A stretch of DNA of 61,872 nucleotides, filler included, from Choristocarpus tenellus KU-1152 (taxonomy: Eukaryota > Protista > Phaeophyceae): NCBI GenBank assembly GCA_964200185.2. It is 9 parts of 9 records of this genome, joined end to end, with 100 filler letters (N's around TTAATTAATTAA, not from the genome) between each part and the next. Parts side by side here need not be neighbours in the genome. Positions count along the whole stretch, not along the records: positions 33,622 to 38,836 come from CAXNAD020011484.1; positions 38,937 to 42,984 come from CAXNAD020016490.1; positions 43,085 to 52,228 come from CAXNAD020003942.1; 6 more parts are not named here. One strand, 5' to 3'. The position numbers were made by a program, and so were the translations under genes. The notes beneath the pieces are model-generated. The model was not told the origin of the DNA and did not search any database. It saw only the letters and a list, made by a program, of their open reading frames with translations. Shown piece after piece: positions 38,459 to 50,624 of this stretch (position 1 is the first letter of the stretch; every line of letters starts with the position of its first letter).

Positions 38459-39235
38459 CTGGGAGGAGAATGACAACACGTGGAGGCAAAGTAAGGAAAA
38501 GGTGGGAAGCTCCACTTTTCTGTGTGACTGGTACTGCAGTAGTTCGAGACCTGCTTTAGCTGCCCACCACACCTGTTGGGGCTGTTGCTGCGAGTCCTAA
38601 TATTATGATTTGGGGGAAAGGGAGAGCATAGGAAAGTGGGCATAAGAATTTTAGGGAACAGCATAGCTAGAAGAACTATTCTGTGTGCAGTAAATGCAGG
38701 ATCCCAGCACTCACCGTACCTGGTGTATGGGGTGTTATTATAGCCTAGTACAATACAAAAAAAAACATATCGACACTTTATCCCAGCCAATTTTGGGTCA
38801 AGCCCACCCTCTATAAAAAGCTACATCTTCTTTTTTNNNNNNNNNNNNNNNNNNNNNNNNNNNNNNNNNNNNNNNNNNNNTTAATTAATTAANNNNNNNN
38901 NNNNNNNNNNNNNNNNNNNNNNNNNNNNNNNNNNNNCCCCCCAGATACTTTGACCCCTATCATACCTTGTCAACTCCTTGGGTAGTAATAGCACACCTCC
39001 GACCAAACCCTCAAACCTTATACATTGTTTAAACCATTGCACTGGTGGGATAGATAGATGGCGTGGGGCAGCTCAACCCTAGTTGGAGGCTCAAATCATG
39101 TACGTGTGATGGCCGATATCAAATAGAAGCCTGATACAAGCGATTGTGTGGGCTGTTCATTAGGGGGCAGGAGGTAGGACTTACTTACGAGGCAGAAGGC
39201 AGAAGGCAAGATACCTCCTCACTTGGTTATGGTCA

Positions 39236-39506
39236 GAGTCAAAGTATCTTATAGGGTAGAGCTGCGTCCATTTGGGGACCAAAATCCAATGTCACGATTT
39301 GATGCAATTTTGGCTATTGTGTTTATTTGGAAGTGTCAATATCCTTGTTCCACACATACATATACACGATACCTACTCCAAAATGTATATATTTTACGTA
39401 CTCCAAAACAATTCGGAATAGGAAAACGTCATTAAAAAACTGTGGGAAACCAAGCCCCAAACGGACAAAAAGGGCAAAACTCGTACCCTCTAAGATGCTT
39501 TCACTC
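39236..39506 (+). mobile_element. MITE family B copy, complete
   Basis: GAGTCAAAGTATCTTATAGGGTA...TACCCTCTAAGATGCTTTCACTC, TSD GTCA/GTCA. Confidence 0.93.
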
Positions 39507-39594
39507 GTCAACCACAATGGTACTATGATATCATTCACAATAAATGAATCTCACCGGTGCCTTCCCTTTTTGCTACCTCTCCACGTTTTGTCAG

Positions 39595-39906
39595 ACCCCT
39601 AACACTAGTACATGCCTCGCATCTGGGGACGATACAGAAACTAAATGGAGATACTGCTTGCGAGCAGTCGTACATCAAAGCAACACTAACATCGGTGGTA
39701 AGGCCTATCGCCATTACTATACCGATGTGTGCCAAGCATCGGGGTCCTTACCGCTACGCCCAGGGGGGGCAAAGCCTGTGTGGAAGCGCTTCGACAATGA
39801 CGGGAACTTCTCACTCAAGGCACAAGCTGATGTCTTGAGCGAAGCAAGCAGCAAAGGCTACCTGTTCTTTTATTCCCTTGTGAAGGTTCCACACAATGCG
39901 AACTAA
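39595..39906 (+). CDS. Terminal exon of a ubiquitin-specific protease (peptidase C19, His-box; USP26/29/37-like)
   Basis: Acceptor cgttttgtcag. YCLRAVVHQ..RHYYTDV..WKRFDND..V..GYLFFY follows the USP His-box pattern YxLxAVVxH..GHY..W..FDD..AYLLFY. Confidence 0.75.
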   Translation, partial: TPNTSTCLASGDDTETKWRYCLRAVVHQSNTNIGGKAYRHYYTDVCQASGSLPLRPGGAKPVWKRFDNDGNFSLKAQADVLSEASSKGYLFFYSLVKVPHNAN

Positions 39907-42629
39907 CTGGGTGGGCAACTAAGGCCCAAGGTGGGGGTAGGCATGCTACTGATTTCCTTTCCTTCAATCGTCACCATCAGCGCTTACAATTCATCTCCTA
40001 CCACGAATGCGCAAATCTGTTGACTTGTGACAGTGTGTTGACTATGAAACTGTTGCAACGTCCTCTGGTGTGGTGCAGAGGGCTCTTTTTCACTGCTCCT
40101 TTTGTTGCTGTTGTCGTTTGTGTGCATCTGTGTGTACATGCTTGTGCAATGGTCGATGTGATGTATTGAGTGGGTTTGTGTGTGTGTGAACGAATTTGTA
40201 TGTTGTATGTTGACTGTATTATCCCTGTATGTGGTAGTGATTCCGTACCGCTGTTGAGGTTGGGCACGGTTCAAGCTAGGTTTGTACCAGCTTGGACTGA
40301 TACTTTTGAAGAGTTTGGTCGTGCCATTTCATAACCTTGAACGGATCTAGTGGGTGTTCCAATAGGTTATTGAATAATGGGTCAATCTCGTTACATACAT
40401 ACAGTGGGGTGCACAGTAAAGTTCTTCTGTCTTGTTTGTGGCTGAATTCTATTTCAAGGGAAGAATCAATACGATCTACCACCACAGTGTTCATTCCATT
40501 CAGGAGGTAGTAGGTGTCTCCTTCACCTTGTTCTATCAATAATAGGAGAGAGTGCAGCATCCCACATGCTCACCAATACCTATTGTTCAAGAGGAATATT
40601 TTGGGACTGCCAATGCAAGCAGGCAGAGGGAGTATCTGAAGCGCTGCTTACAATACCATCCTGTGTGCCGTGTGTATGTGTGTGGTGTTGTATGGAATGG
40701 CAATGCATGCATTTGCACAACCCCTAGTCTCTCTCGCCCTATCATCTATATATTTATATAATTGTAAAAACAGACAGGAAGGATCGTTACTACCAAAGCC
40801 CTGTATATTATTACAATTTATATATATATGGCTGACTACTTTGAGGACACTTATATTCGGTAGTCAAGCAACAATACAAATGACTACATGCATAATGTTT
40901 CCTTGGCCCATCCCATTGTCTAGTTTCGTTTGTTGCTTGCTCGTTACTACACAGGATAGTGCAGTGGGAGGGCAATTTGTTGGTGTTTTGTACTGGGGAA
41001 AACTACAACTAACTCCCACCGTGTCTCACTCTTTCACTACATACTGCTGTTATAATAGTAAGTTGTACATACAACAGCAACTCAAAGATAACGGCGAATG
41101 GCAATAACAACAACAAATAATGAAAAGTAAAATAATGGAAATATAGTGATAAGAATGATAAAGACTCTTTCTGCGATTAATAATAATTACAATAATATTA
41201 ATAAAATTGTGACAATAGTAAAAACAATATTGGCAAGTGTGAAACAGGTGGAAACTGCCGACAGGTTCTTCGTAATGAAGGGGAGTGGGAAGACCCACAG
41301 GAGGACATATCAAAGAGAGTCAAGGTCAAAGAGGGAGATCAATCCCTCAGAAATTAACTCAGGAAAAGAGTCAACAAGCAGGAAGAGTGAGGGAAGAGGG
41401 ATTTGGAGGGCACTCCAAATCACCCAATTTAACTTCAAGCAGATGTTACCTTAACATGTAAAAACAACGAAAGTAACATGAATTTCATGATGTTCAGGAT
41501 AGGTCACCTTCAGGGTATACCTTCTGTGGAATGTGGCTCTCTCATCACTCCCCCCCCCCTTATGTGATTTGATGCAGGTATCAAAACATAGTAGGTGTCA
41601 ATGGGAAATGGAGGAAATGTGTGTGCAGAACAACTGACATGAGCACTGAAAAGAAAAGAAATAGTCTCTCAACAAGGAAATACTGTCTTGCAAGACAGTT
41701 GTGTACACAAATATATATATATATCTGCAAATTAGCAAAAATGCAGCATAAGAAGTGATTTTCGTGAGGCCTCAAAACTTAGCACTTGTAACTAAGGGAT
41801 TTGGTGTCAACCAAATCAGTGCCGCTTCACCTTGGTCAAGGGTGAGATAATCAAACATATCTGGGCACATGGAACGATCACCATTTCGCTGTATCAGATA
41901 CGACCACGTCTGGTCAAATCTTCAACAAGAAAAAGGGCAAAGGCCAGGACTAGCTAGTCTTATCATGAAATTCTGTTAACTCCGGCAAGGAGATACAGAT
42001 GTAAAAAAAAGCATGGATCATCATCTCAAATGAGGAAATAAGCAAATGGGAGACTCCCAATGGGATCAAATTACAGCTGTATAGCTGTAGCACCGATCAG
42101 TATATACTTGCGTAAATAAAAGTCAAACAGCATATCAAATGGATGCTCTAATCAATTAGAAACAAAATGGAAGAAAGGAAAAAGAAAAAAAAGTAATAAA
42201 AACAAGAAAAGAAAAAAGAAAATCAATTGTAAACTGTGGACAAACACGGGGATGGAGTTGGCCATACACCATCACTGAAATAACTGTTCATCGAAACAGT
42301 TGTCCTCCTGAAAAAGAAAAGAAAAGAAAAGAAAAATTAAAATAAAATATAACAAGTGTGTAAGAGTCGTTTGTAAATAAATGAACTCGGGTCTCCTCTG
42401 TTCATACATGGGGTGTACATTTACAAAAAAAAATCAACTTATCAAAAGTTGATATGGCCAAATAGATATCCATGTGACATATATATCAAAAGATGTATCT
42501 ATGTAACAACACAACCACAAATCATTGCATGAAACACAAATAAAATTCGCAGCACATATATATTTGAAATATATATATATATATATATATTACCTACAGC
42601 ATAAAATTCAATGAAGTATGGAAACTTTT

Positions 42630-42930
42630 TCATGGATCAGAATTGATATCAATCCAAGGTTTTGTGTTGGAATGAGGTGTATCCAGACAATGTTGTTGCC
42701 TATATGCAGCAATCATATCTGCACATTGTGGCAAATCATGTCGACGATAGAATACATCAGAAGCACGGTCGTAGCCTTTAAGACGTAATCTATATTCTAT
42801 GTTCATAGGTGAACGAGGTCCACGGCCAAACTTGTGTCCCATAATCGCTTCAATAATGTAACGATCAATGGTTACCGGGGTTTCTAAATAATCCAGATCT
42901 GGTAAGGGTAAAGCTCGGCCAAGAAAAATT
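42630..42930 (-). pseudogene. Chromodomain-encoding relic, probably the C-terminus of a Gypsy/chromovirus integrase
   Basis: LPLPDL..RYIIEAIMGHK..EYRLRLKGYDRASDVFY resembles the chromo consensus YxVExIxxHR..EYLVKWKGY..D.W. It is intronless and AT-rich, has an upstream stop, and a family-A terminus lies at 42964. Confidence 0.6.
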
Positions 42931-43084
42931 CACTGAGTTTCATAAAATCAGGTTCAGGTGGTTGGGTCAAAGTATCTGGGGGGGNNNNNNNNNNNNNNNN
43001 NNNNNNNNNNNNNNNNNNNNNNNNNNNNTTAATTAATTAANNNNNNNNNNNNNNNNNNNNNNNNNNNNNNNNNNNNNNNNNNNN

Positions 43085-43408
43085 GTACGAATTTTGTCCT
43101 GTTTGTCCATGTGGGGCTTGGCTTCCCATGGGTTTTTATTGACATTTTTTATCTACTCCAAAATGTTTCGGAGTAGGTAAAATGTATACGTCATGAAAAG
43201 GAGTGTCCAGACAAGGATATTGAAATCTCCTAACAAATATATAGTCAAAATTACATCAAAATTACATCATCGGATTTTGGTCCCCAAATGGACGCGACTG
43301 TACCCTCTAAGATACTTTGTCTCTGATAGCCAAAATTACATCAAAATAGAAACATTGGAATTTGACTCCTTAATGGACACGGCACTACCCTCTAAGATAA
43401 TTTGACTC
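43085..43408 (-). mobile_element. MITE family B with a doubled terminal arm (ends at 43323 and 43408), interrupting the transposase-like exon
   Basis: Two successive ATGGAC-16bp-AGATA..CTC ends. The other end is lost in the gap. Confidence 0.88.
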
Positions 43409-45150
43409 TCTGAACACCCTGTGTCGTGTTCGTCGTCATTATCTTCAGTTGTTGTCCTCCTCGAGATGGGGTTTGACTCACCTGCCATGCAAGTGGCGAG
43501 GATGAAGTCGTCAGTCATTAGATTCTTGGCCCTGAATATTGTGTACTTCGCCTTGATCATCTCGATTATTTCATCCTTCGTTGTGCCGTTGGGAGTTATG
43601 AGCCCAAGACGAGAGGACAGTGCCTTGAGCATGGCAAGTTGAAGACAGAAAACAGGGGTTGTGTGCAGTGTCAGTGGGGGTCGTATTACTGAACTAAAGT
43701 GTTGTTTTCCAAGAAATATGTGTGTGGACTAGAATAACCTGTCCGATGTTACAACAATGGGGAGGTTGTGAATTTTAATTATTGACATATATGGTGTTAT
43801 TGGGTTTCCCTTACATCGCCACGCCTCACACACGCACCTTGATCTCGTTGGAGGCCTTTCCTTCTAGGTCTCCCTCCACAATCGGGGTGTATGCGTGGAC
43901 AAACTCGTTCCATGTTACTGTGGTACTGTGGGCGTTGATCATACAAGGGCACTTCCACATGGGGTGGTTAGTCCAGTTGCAAATATTGCATGTTCCATCC
44001 ACACAAGAAGTTTTATAAATACCTTCTGAACCACCCGTGAACTGCTCACCGAGGGGCTCCAGGATGGTCCTCTCACACCTGGGCAGTCATATTGGAATCA
44101 TGGTGTGGGGGGGGTCCACCTTACGTCCCGACTTAGAAACATTATATAGCACTGTGTGTGTGAAGGGCATATGGGCAAGTTGCAGACATTAACATGGACG
44201 AGAACTAGCAGATTGAGAGAAGTCATTTCATTTGTATGTTGGTGCATGGGAGAGGATGGTATGTGCATATGGTAATTGATGTTGTCGAGGTTTAGCGTTG
44301 ATTGGTTGCAGCTTCGGACCAGCATAAAATTACTTACAAGAGGAAGTCCATCATATTGAAAATGCTCTTGAGTGCAGTCTTCACATCTTGAGAGCCGCAT
44401 CCTTTTCCCTTGTCACAGAAGTCGGAGGTACAGGCAAAAGTGCGTTGGCAATCGTCACCAACCGCTGTCCGAGAGTATGCTTTGTTCCAGTTTTCCCTCA
44501 GGCATTGGACCAATAGGTCGCTGGTCATGTGGTGAACGCAAACGCATGTCCTGAATGATACGCAAAAGAAAAGGTGGGGAGAGTCCCGATATATATTTTT
44601 TTGACTCGAAAAGGGGGAAAGATCGATACGTGTATTGCAGTTGAGTTGGTGGTATAACATGGAAAGTGCTGAGCGTTGGCGCGGTCCTATGTTGTACGTC
44701 TCGGTTCGAACATTAATATGAAACGGTTGTGTTTCTCTATACACATGTTTTTACTTGCCTTGGTGACACAGAAGGGTCTCCACTTCACGAACGTGGACAG
44801 GCTCGGTATGGGCCATGTTTTGCCTCCATCTCAAATCTCTCTTTGAAGTTTGCGTAAAGATCGTCATCGATTCCAATCTGTACCCTGTTAAACGTATACA
44901 GGGGATAAATATTTATGTCGTCGTGTATATGTTTGTTCTTGGATTTCGAGAGAGTGTACACAATGTGTCAGGATGAAGGAGCAGGTTGCGGGCAGGAAGA
45001 ATATAAGCGCTTTCGCTTTATGGTGGTTGGAATACAGTGCCTATGAGCGCATTGCTGACACAGTGTATCTGGGTGGCACACCCTTTTATTGGTGTTAGGG
45101 TAAGGAGTGCATTCCCTCAGCGGAATCGTGAGAAGTGATCGGGTCGTGGG
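43409..45150 (-). mobile_element. Intron-containing DNA-transposase relic, Sola2-like N-terminal half. Exons ~44877-44745 (one frameshift), 44550-44338, 44078-43838, 43623-43409
   Basis: Motif order LYANFKERF..SLSTFVKWRPFCV..TCVCVHH..DFLL|CER..SCVDGTCNIC..KCP..VTWNEF matches my recollection of Sola2-type transposases (LY..FK, SxFxxLRP, CxCxxH, CxxGxCxxC, VxW). Three exons splice in phase. The catalytic DDD/E region is not visible. Confidence 0.6.
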
Positions 45151-46035
45151 GCATGGCCGTGCTGTTCCTCTCCCGGTTAGGTCAAGGATGTGTATTTCAG
45201 GGTACAGCACATCGAACCGTCGCGACAAACTGTCTCTTGTCAGGTCCAATATCCTTGCCCTGTCCTTCTTCAATCTTGTGTGTCGAGTCTCAGTAAGAAT
45301 TACCATATCCGATCATTTTCAAATCCTTCTGTCTTTGCCTAGTTTTACCAGGTTCCAATGCTTTACTAGAGATAGACTGGTCAATTTTTTTGGAGAAATA
45401 CCATTTGCTGGTTAAGATTCAATTACTGGCGACAAACTACCAACAGTGATTTGATATAGAAGAAGTAGGGCAACAGATATTTTGTTACTACATGTTTCCG
45501 GCATACAAAATTGTTCCTATCGGGACATGCCCCGCGCTTGTCCGCTTGCATCCATGTTTGTATCTTCAATATAGTCCATCTATAAAGCAAGGTTTGTATC
45601 TCCGAAGTCGGACCAATCCTGATCATTGAAAAGTTAAGACAAATGAAAAATACCACAAGGTATTATCGATTCTGATATGAGGAGACCACAAAGGCGTGGA
45701 CGAGAACTAAGAATCTCTGTTGGTGAGTGATCGTTTTGCGCGTAGTATACATGCGTGCGTTCCACGGATGTTGCCTATCCCGTAGTTAGTGCACAGTCCG
45801 ATGTTTATTACGAGAGATCCACATTGTTTTCACACCGGGCGGTGACTATTGCTTCCCTCACTAGTTTTGTTTTCCAGTCCTTATGCCACATCATTTCCCA
45901 CTTGCTCGAAAACACTGTATCCTCGTCCCTCCTTATGTGTAGGTCCAGACACAGACCAGGATGCGGTACTTTTCACGAATGTGCAAAGATGTCCTGGCTG
46001 TAAAAGGCCCTTCCATCCTTGGAAAGGACACTCCT

Positions 46036-46190
46036 CGGAGTAGGTAAAGTGTATATATTATGAAAATGTGTCCAGAACATGGATATTGACACTTCCTAAC
46101 AAACACGATAGCCAAAATTACATCAAAATCGCAATACTGGATTTTGGCCCCCAAATGGACGCGGCTCTAGCCTCTAAGATACTTCCTCTC
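46036..46190 (-). mobile_element. Family B short-spacer arm only; possible 5' end of the autonomous element
   Basis: Homology to family B runs from the terminus at 46190 to the central hairpin and then stops. It points toward the transposase-like exons. Confidence 0.8.
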
Positions 46191-46299
46191 CAACTTCAAC
46201 TTTCACAACATACAACTTCTGTCCTTGGCCACTCTCCATGCACTTCCTCCGTAGTTTTCCACTACATTAAGGGGTGTATGCGCTAAGAAAGACCAATGT

Positions 46300-48800
46300 A
46301 CCACCTAGGCGAAGAAACTCTCTTCCAAAGGGAAGAAGAAGAGAAGTGAAGACAAGAAGGGAGAAGGGGACAGCAACTCCAACCCCGAGCCGAACCTACT
46401 ACCCCTCCACACAAGAAAACAGAAAATGGCATACAAGAGGAGGATGCATATGAAGGAAGGTTTCATCGAGCAGGTCGTACTCGAGGCCGCGGTCCTAAAG
46501 ATGAACGAGCTGAAGGAGAGAGATAAGCACGGAATCGACCCCAACGTGGCAGGGAATTCCAACCCTCCCTCTACTGAGGAGGCTGCAAAAGAACCGTACA
46601 TCCTATGAGAGAAGGAAATTTATACGGTGTTGACGGTTTATCCTCTCGACTTTCTTGTGTGTTGGCATCCTTAACCAAATCCAGATACAGGAAATATCCG
46701 TGTTCAATAGGACTGTATTCAGACTCTGGTGCTAACTCCAATTACATCCGAATGAAAACGAACCTATTTGAACTTCAAACGTCCACCCTACCCCTATGCT
46801 TCAAAGGTGGGAAGGAGATTACTGATGAAGAATGTGAAGAAGGGTGATGTCTTCCTCAAAATCGGCCAAGGCTCCAAGGGTGTTGCCCTCCCCAATGGCT
46901 TAAGAGGTGAAGGCAAGAAAGTGTAAACAAACGTTTTATGACATGATGACAAAGGAACCAGCAATAGGGGAGCAATGATTTCTTTGTTTCTTTGCTACTG
47001 AACAAGAACCGTGAGATCTTAGGTTGGTTATAGTCGTAAGTGTCATGGTGTATTGACACGCAACCCCCTTTTCCGTATGAAATGGTAAATAACACTAAGA
47101 GGTCAATTCCCAAAGATATATTCCGCACCACGCATGACAATGGTACGATAGAGGAGGGGAAGAACACACCTCGTATACACTGACGTCGTTTGTGAATGTT
47201 GCACACTTCGGACACTTCCATACAAAAAATATCAAACGAATCTGGTTTAAGGTCCATTAACGTGTTTTAAAATCCATTATTATTTTTTGAGTTCGTATAA
47301 CCCATACACAACACACACCAGATACGTAACCATCTCTCCTCCTCACATGCATTCGCCACACTGCTCCAGATTCGAGGCGTGCCACCTGCGTTGTCATGGC
47401 GCCAGGCCACACCATTTGTGGGGTGCATGGCACGGACGACGTATGGACCAAGCGGAGGAGTTCGTTCAACGCTGGCTTGTCCTCCCTGCCCGTACTTGTG
47501 GAGGGGGTGGTAGTCGCTTGCGCTATTCTGGAGGGGAACCGCGACCCCAACATGACGCAACGCTTTGCAGATTCCCGTTCAAATGTTGTGCTAAGTTCCA
47601 GGCAGAACAAAAGTGCGCGGAAAAACAGAACGGGGGACTAAGCGGAGCTCTAAACGCGCCCGGGGGTGTGCAGGTCCCCCATCCACGATTGCGTGACGAC
47701 AGTGACGTCGTAGATAGCGACTTGGGATCGGTTATGAGCGGGTGGGGTGCAGATTCGGATGAGGAAGAAATGGGCGAAACACCAACAGGACCTGGGACAA
47801 CTCCATTACATAGCGTGGAGTCCTGGATGTGAAAACAGCGATGACGGATCTGCCGGAAGCGAAGAGGGTGGTATTGAAGAGGTCAATCTATACTGTCGAT
47901 CTCCTCCTGGTAAGAGTCAAAAGTCTTCCGGGGGTGTTGGGGGGGTTAGGGGTTCCAGATCTGTACAGAGCTCAGGTTTTGTACAACACATCCCCACTCG
48001 CAAGGGAAAAAGAACGCCTCTGTAACCCACCCAGTAAGCTTGCTGGAGAATATCTTCTCTCCTGTACGTAGGAGTGGGGAGGTAGCAGCCATCAATACAC
48101 CATCGGACGTGAAGAGGAGTGATGCGGACTTGGCGAACAGCGATGATAAACTGCCCATGTCCGAGGATGGTAAGTTCAACATTGGAATGACAGATCGATT
48201 CCTTGAGGTTTGCGAACTGGAACTTCTCCACTCGGAAAACCTATCCTCATCAAAATACTATCATGTGCAAACCTGTGTTCTTCAACAGGTTATCCATGAC
48301 TACGGATTTAGGTTGATGCAGGCTGGCAAAGCTGCTAATCTCCTTGTCCTGGACGATCACTTCTACGAGCACAAAGTACGAGCACAAAGGAATTCTCGAT
48401 GGTTTGTGTCATGGTGTGGGTAATACCAAGAGGGCACTGTGTGCGCAGGACATAGAAGCGCTTGCTGCAAGAAAAGCTGTGTTCCTCGGTCGTGTCGAGG
48501 CAGAACTGTGGAATGACAAATACTCCTCCCCCCTAGATCTTTGGCAGGTGTTGACAGAGATTTACCCTAAGCTTATTAATTGATGGAAGGAGGGGAGGTG
48601 CGACTTCACACATGCTCACCAGCTCAAATAGATGTTTCTTGTTTTCAGGTCGAACTTGAAGTAAGAATGTATTTTTCGCAGACTTATTTCTTTCTGTCCT
48701 TCCACAATGTGTCCAGCGACCAGGTTGGACCAAAATTTGTAGACTCTGTAGCTGTACCTGTACGGCGTCCGAGTTTGCACGGTCTGGGGCAAATGTTTTA
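46300..48800 (+). pseudogene. Decayed coding-like region of unknown family (possibly a transposon accessory ORF)
   Basis: GC-richer, protein-like segments in shifting frames (46426-46608, 47396-47641, 48040-48583), broken by stops and frameshifts. No motif recognised. Confidence 0.3.
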
Positions 48801-50029
48801 GATGTTGGAGTTTATAACTGTTGGGGTAATCCTAATTCAAGAACAAATCATAGAAATGTTCTCCCTCCTGCTGTGAACTATGCGACTTGGTCAAGTTGAA
48901 TGTGTTCTTCTCTTATTAAAGAACCAGCTTTTGTGCAATATTTCGGTTCTCATTCGTATTTAGGTATTTGCCACGGCTTTTACAACAGCACACAGCTACT
49001 GACAAATACAAAGCTAATGTCCCGTGGGATTACAACTTTTCACCCCCTAAACCATTCTTCTTCTGATGCGAAGCGAGATCGATAGCCTTAAACACTAATC
49101 AATGTCTAACCACAGCATATCGTCCTCATCGCACCATATTGATGAATGACATATATATAGTTTTCATTGGTTTTCCCCTGACACATCTGCAAAATGTCAG
49201 AGGGCATAAAAAAATAATATTGGTGAACTCCAGAATCCTTGCTATGCTTTCCCTTCATTGTTATGGGGTGCTTTGGTGATCACATGGTAACACCGTTTGA
49301 GAATCTGTACTTTACAGACACTATCTCCGGCTACCCTCCGTCAAAAACAAACACATTCGAAACTTGACCAAACCTTTCGACCAAAGGAGGGTACACATCT
49401 GTCTTGGTTTTAATGACCGAAGACTGTTCTGCTTGTTTCATGCTAATATTTCTCATAAAAATTAACACTTTGCTCAAGCTTATATCGCTGTCACATCGTA
49501 GCTCTGGAGCACCTATCCTTTGCGTCAAATTGTCACATCCTTACATGCCTGCAAGTATTATGTATATTCAAAATTAGCCGTGCGTCTGTCAACAGGTTGT
49601 TTCCCTAATGGTTTCAAAATGTTTGCATATAATGGGCTTCACCGTAGTGTCATCGGTCAAGGAATCAGTCACATTATGCCAAAACCAAAGTAATTAATGA
49701 TTTAACGACACTAAACGATCACTCTCTAATTTCCATACTTCCCAAGCCCACAGACACTTGCATACAACCAGGCACATGTATTGCATTGTTGATGCTAACC
49801 TTGTAACCAAATCGACCAAAATCCGTGACATGACCCACCCCTCTCCCACATGGACAGTCGTCAACCCAACCCGCAAACCACAACACTACCCTCATGTGGA
49901 CATGCTCCAAAAAACAACCTAGTCCCTGAACAAACCTTTCCTTGACCCTTTCCACCTCCAGCATATCCCAAGCTTACCCCAACCAAACCCCCCTGAATAC
50001 CAGACTATGAACCAACGCCTAAGCGATTA

Positions 50030-50098
50030 TATAGAAATCACAACATTGAATTTTGGCCCCCAAATGGACGCGGCTCTACCCTCTAAGATGATTTGGCT
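50030..50098 (-). mobile_element. Family B terminal fragment
   Basis: CCCCAAATGGAC-16bp-AGATGATTTGGCTC. Confidence 0.8.
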
Positions 50099-50524
50099 CT
50101 GAAGAAGTTCTTGATGCCATACCTGACCATATTTAAATCAATTGCACAATTTGGTCACTTGAATTTAAAAAGCCCAAATAATATGAAATTAAGTAATCAC
50201 CGTACTGACTAATTCAAAACCCCATTAATCATGCTTCTTCACAATGGATGTAGACAAATGTTCACCTCGCGAAGCACAAACCACCGGTCAACCCTAATCA
50301 ATGAGAAGATCTTTCAATACTTCATGAGCAAAACCACGCGAACATGAGCACTTCATCATATACCTAAACCAATCCCCAACCTTTCTTTTCATTAATTCAA
50401 GTCCAAATTAAAAAATACTCAAAACAATGACAGCATATTTTGCTGGACTTACCCTAACACAACTATAACTAAGTGCAATCCACAAACATACCTACGAAAT
50501 ACACCTTCAATGCCCCGGGTATAA

Positions 50525-50606
50525 GCAAGTTACCCAAAAATCGCGATATGGTAAAATGGACCCCAAATGGCACCCGCCCGCCCGCCCCCCTCAGATACTT
50601 CGGCTC
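50525..50606 (+). mobile_element. Family A-like half element
   Basis: CCCAAAAATCGCGA..CCCCAAATGG..polyC-AGATACTTCGGCTC. Confidence 0.7.
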
Positions 50607-50624
50607 TAGAAGAGTTACCTGGAA

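Noticed and set aside
40276-41580. Candidate minus-strand exons (e.g. DRRTLLCTPLYVCNEIDPLF..)
   Set aside because: Plausible coding sequence, but no phase-consistent model or recognisable motif.
50225-50500. Penelope/LINE RT-like fragment (FFTMDVD..MFT)
   Set aside because: Single short motif requiring a frameshift; no second RT motif found.
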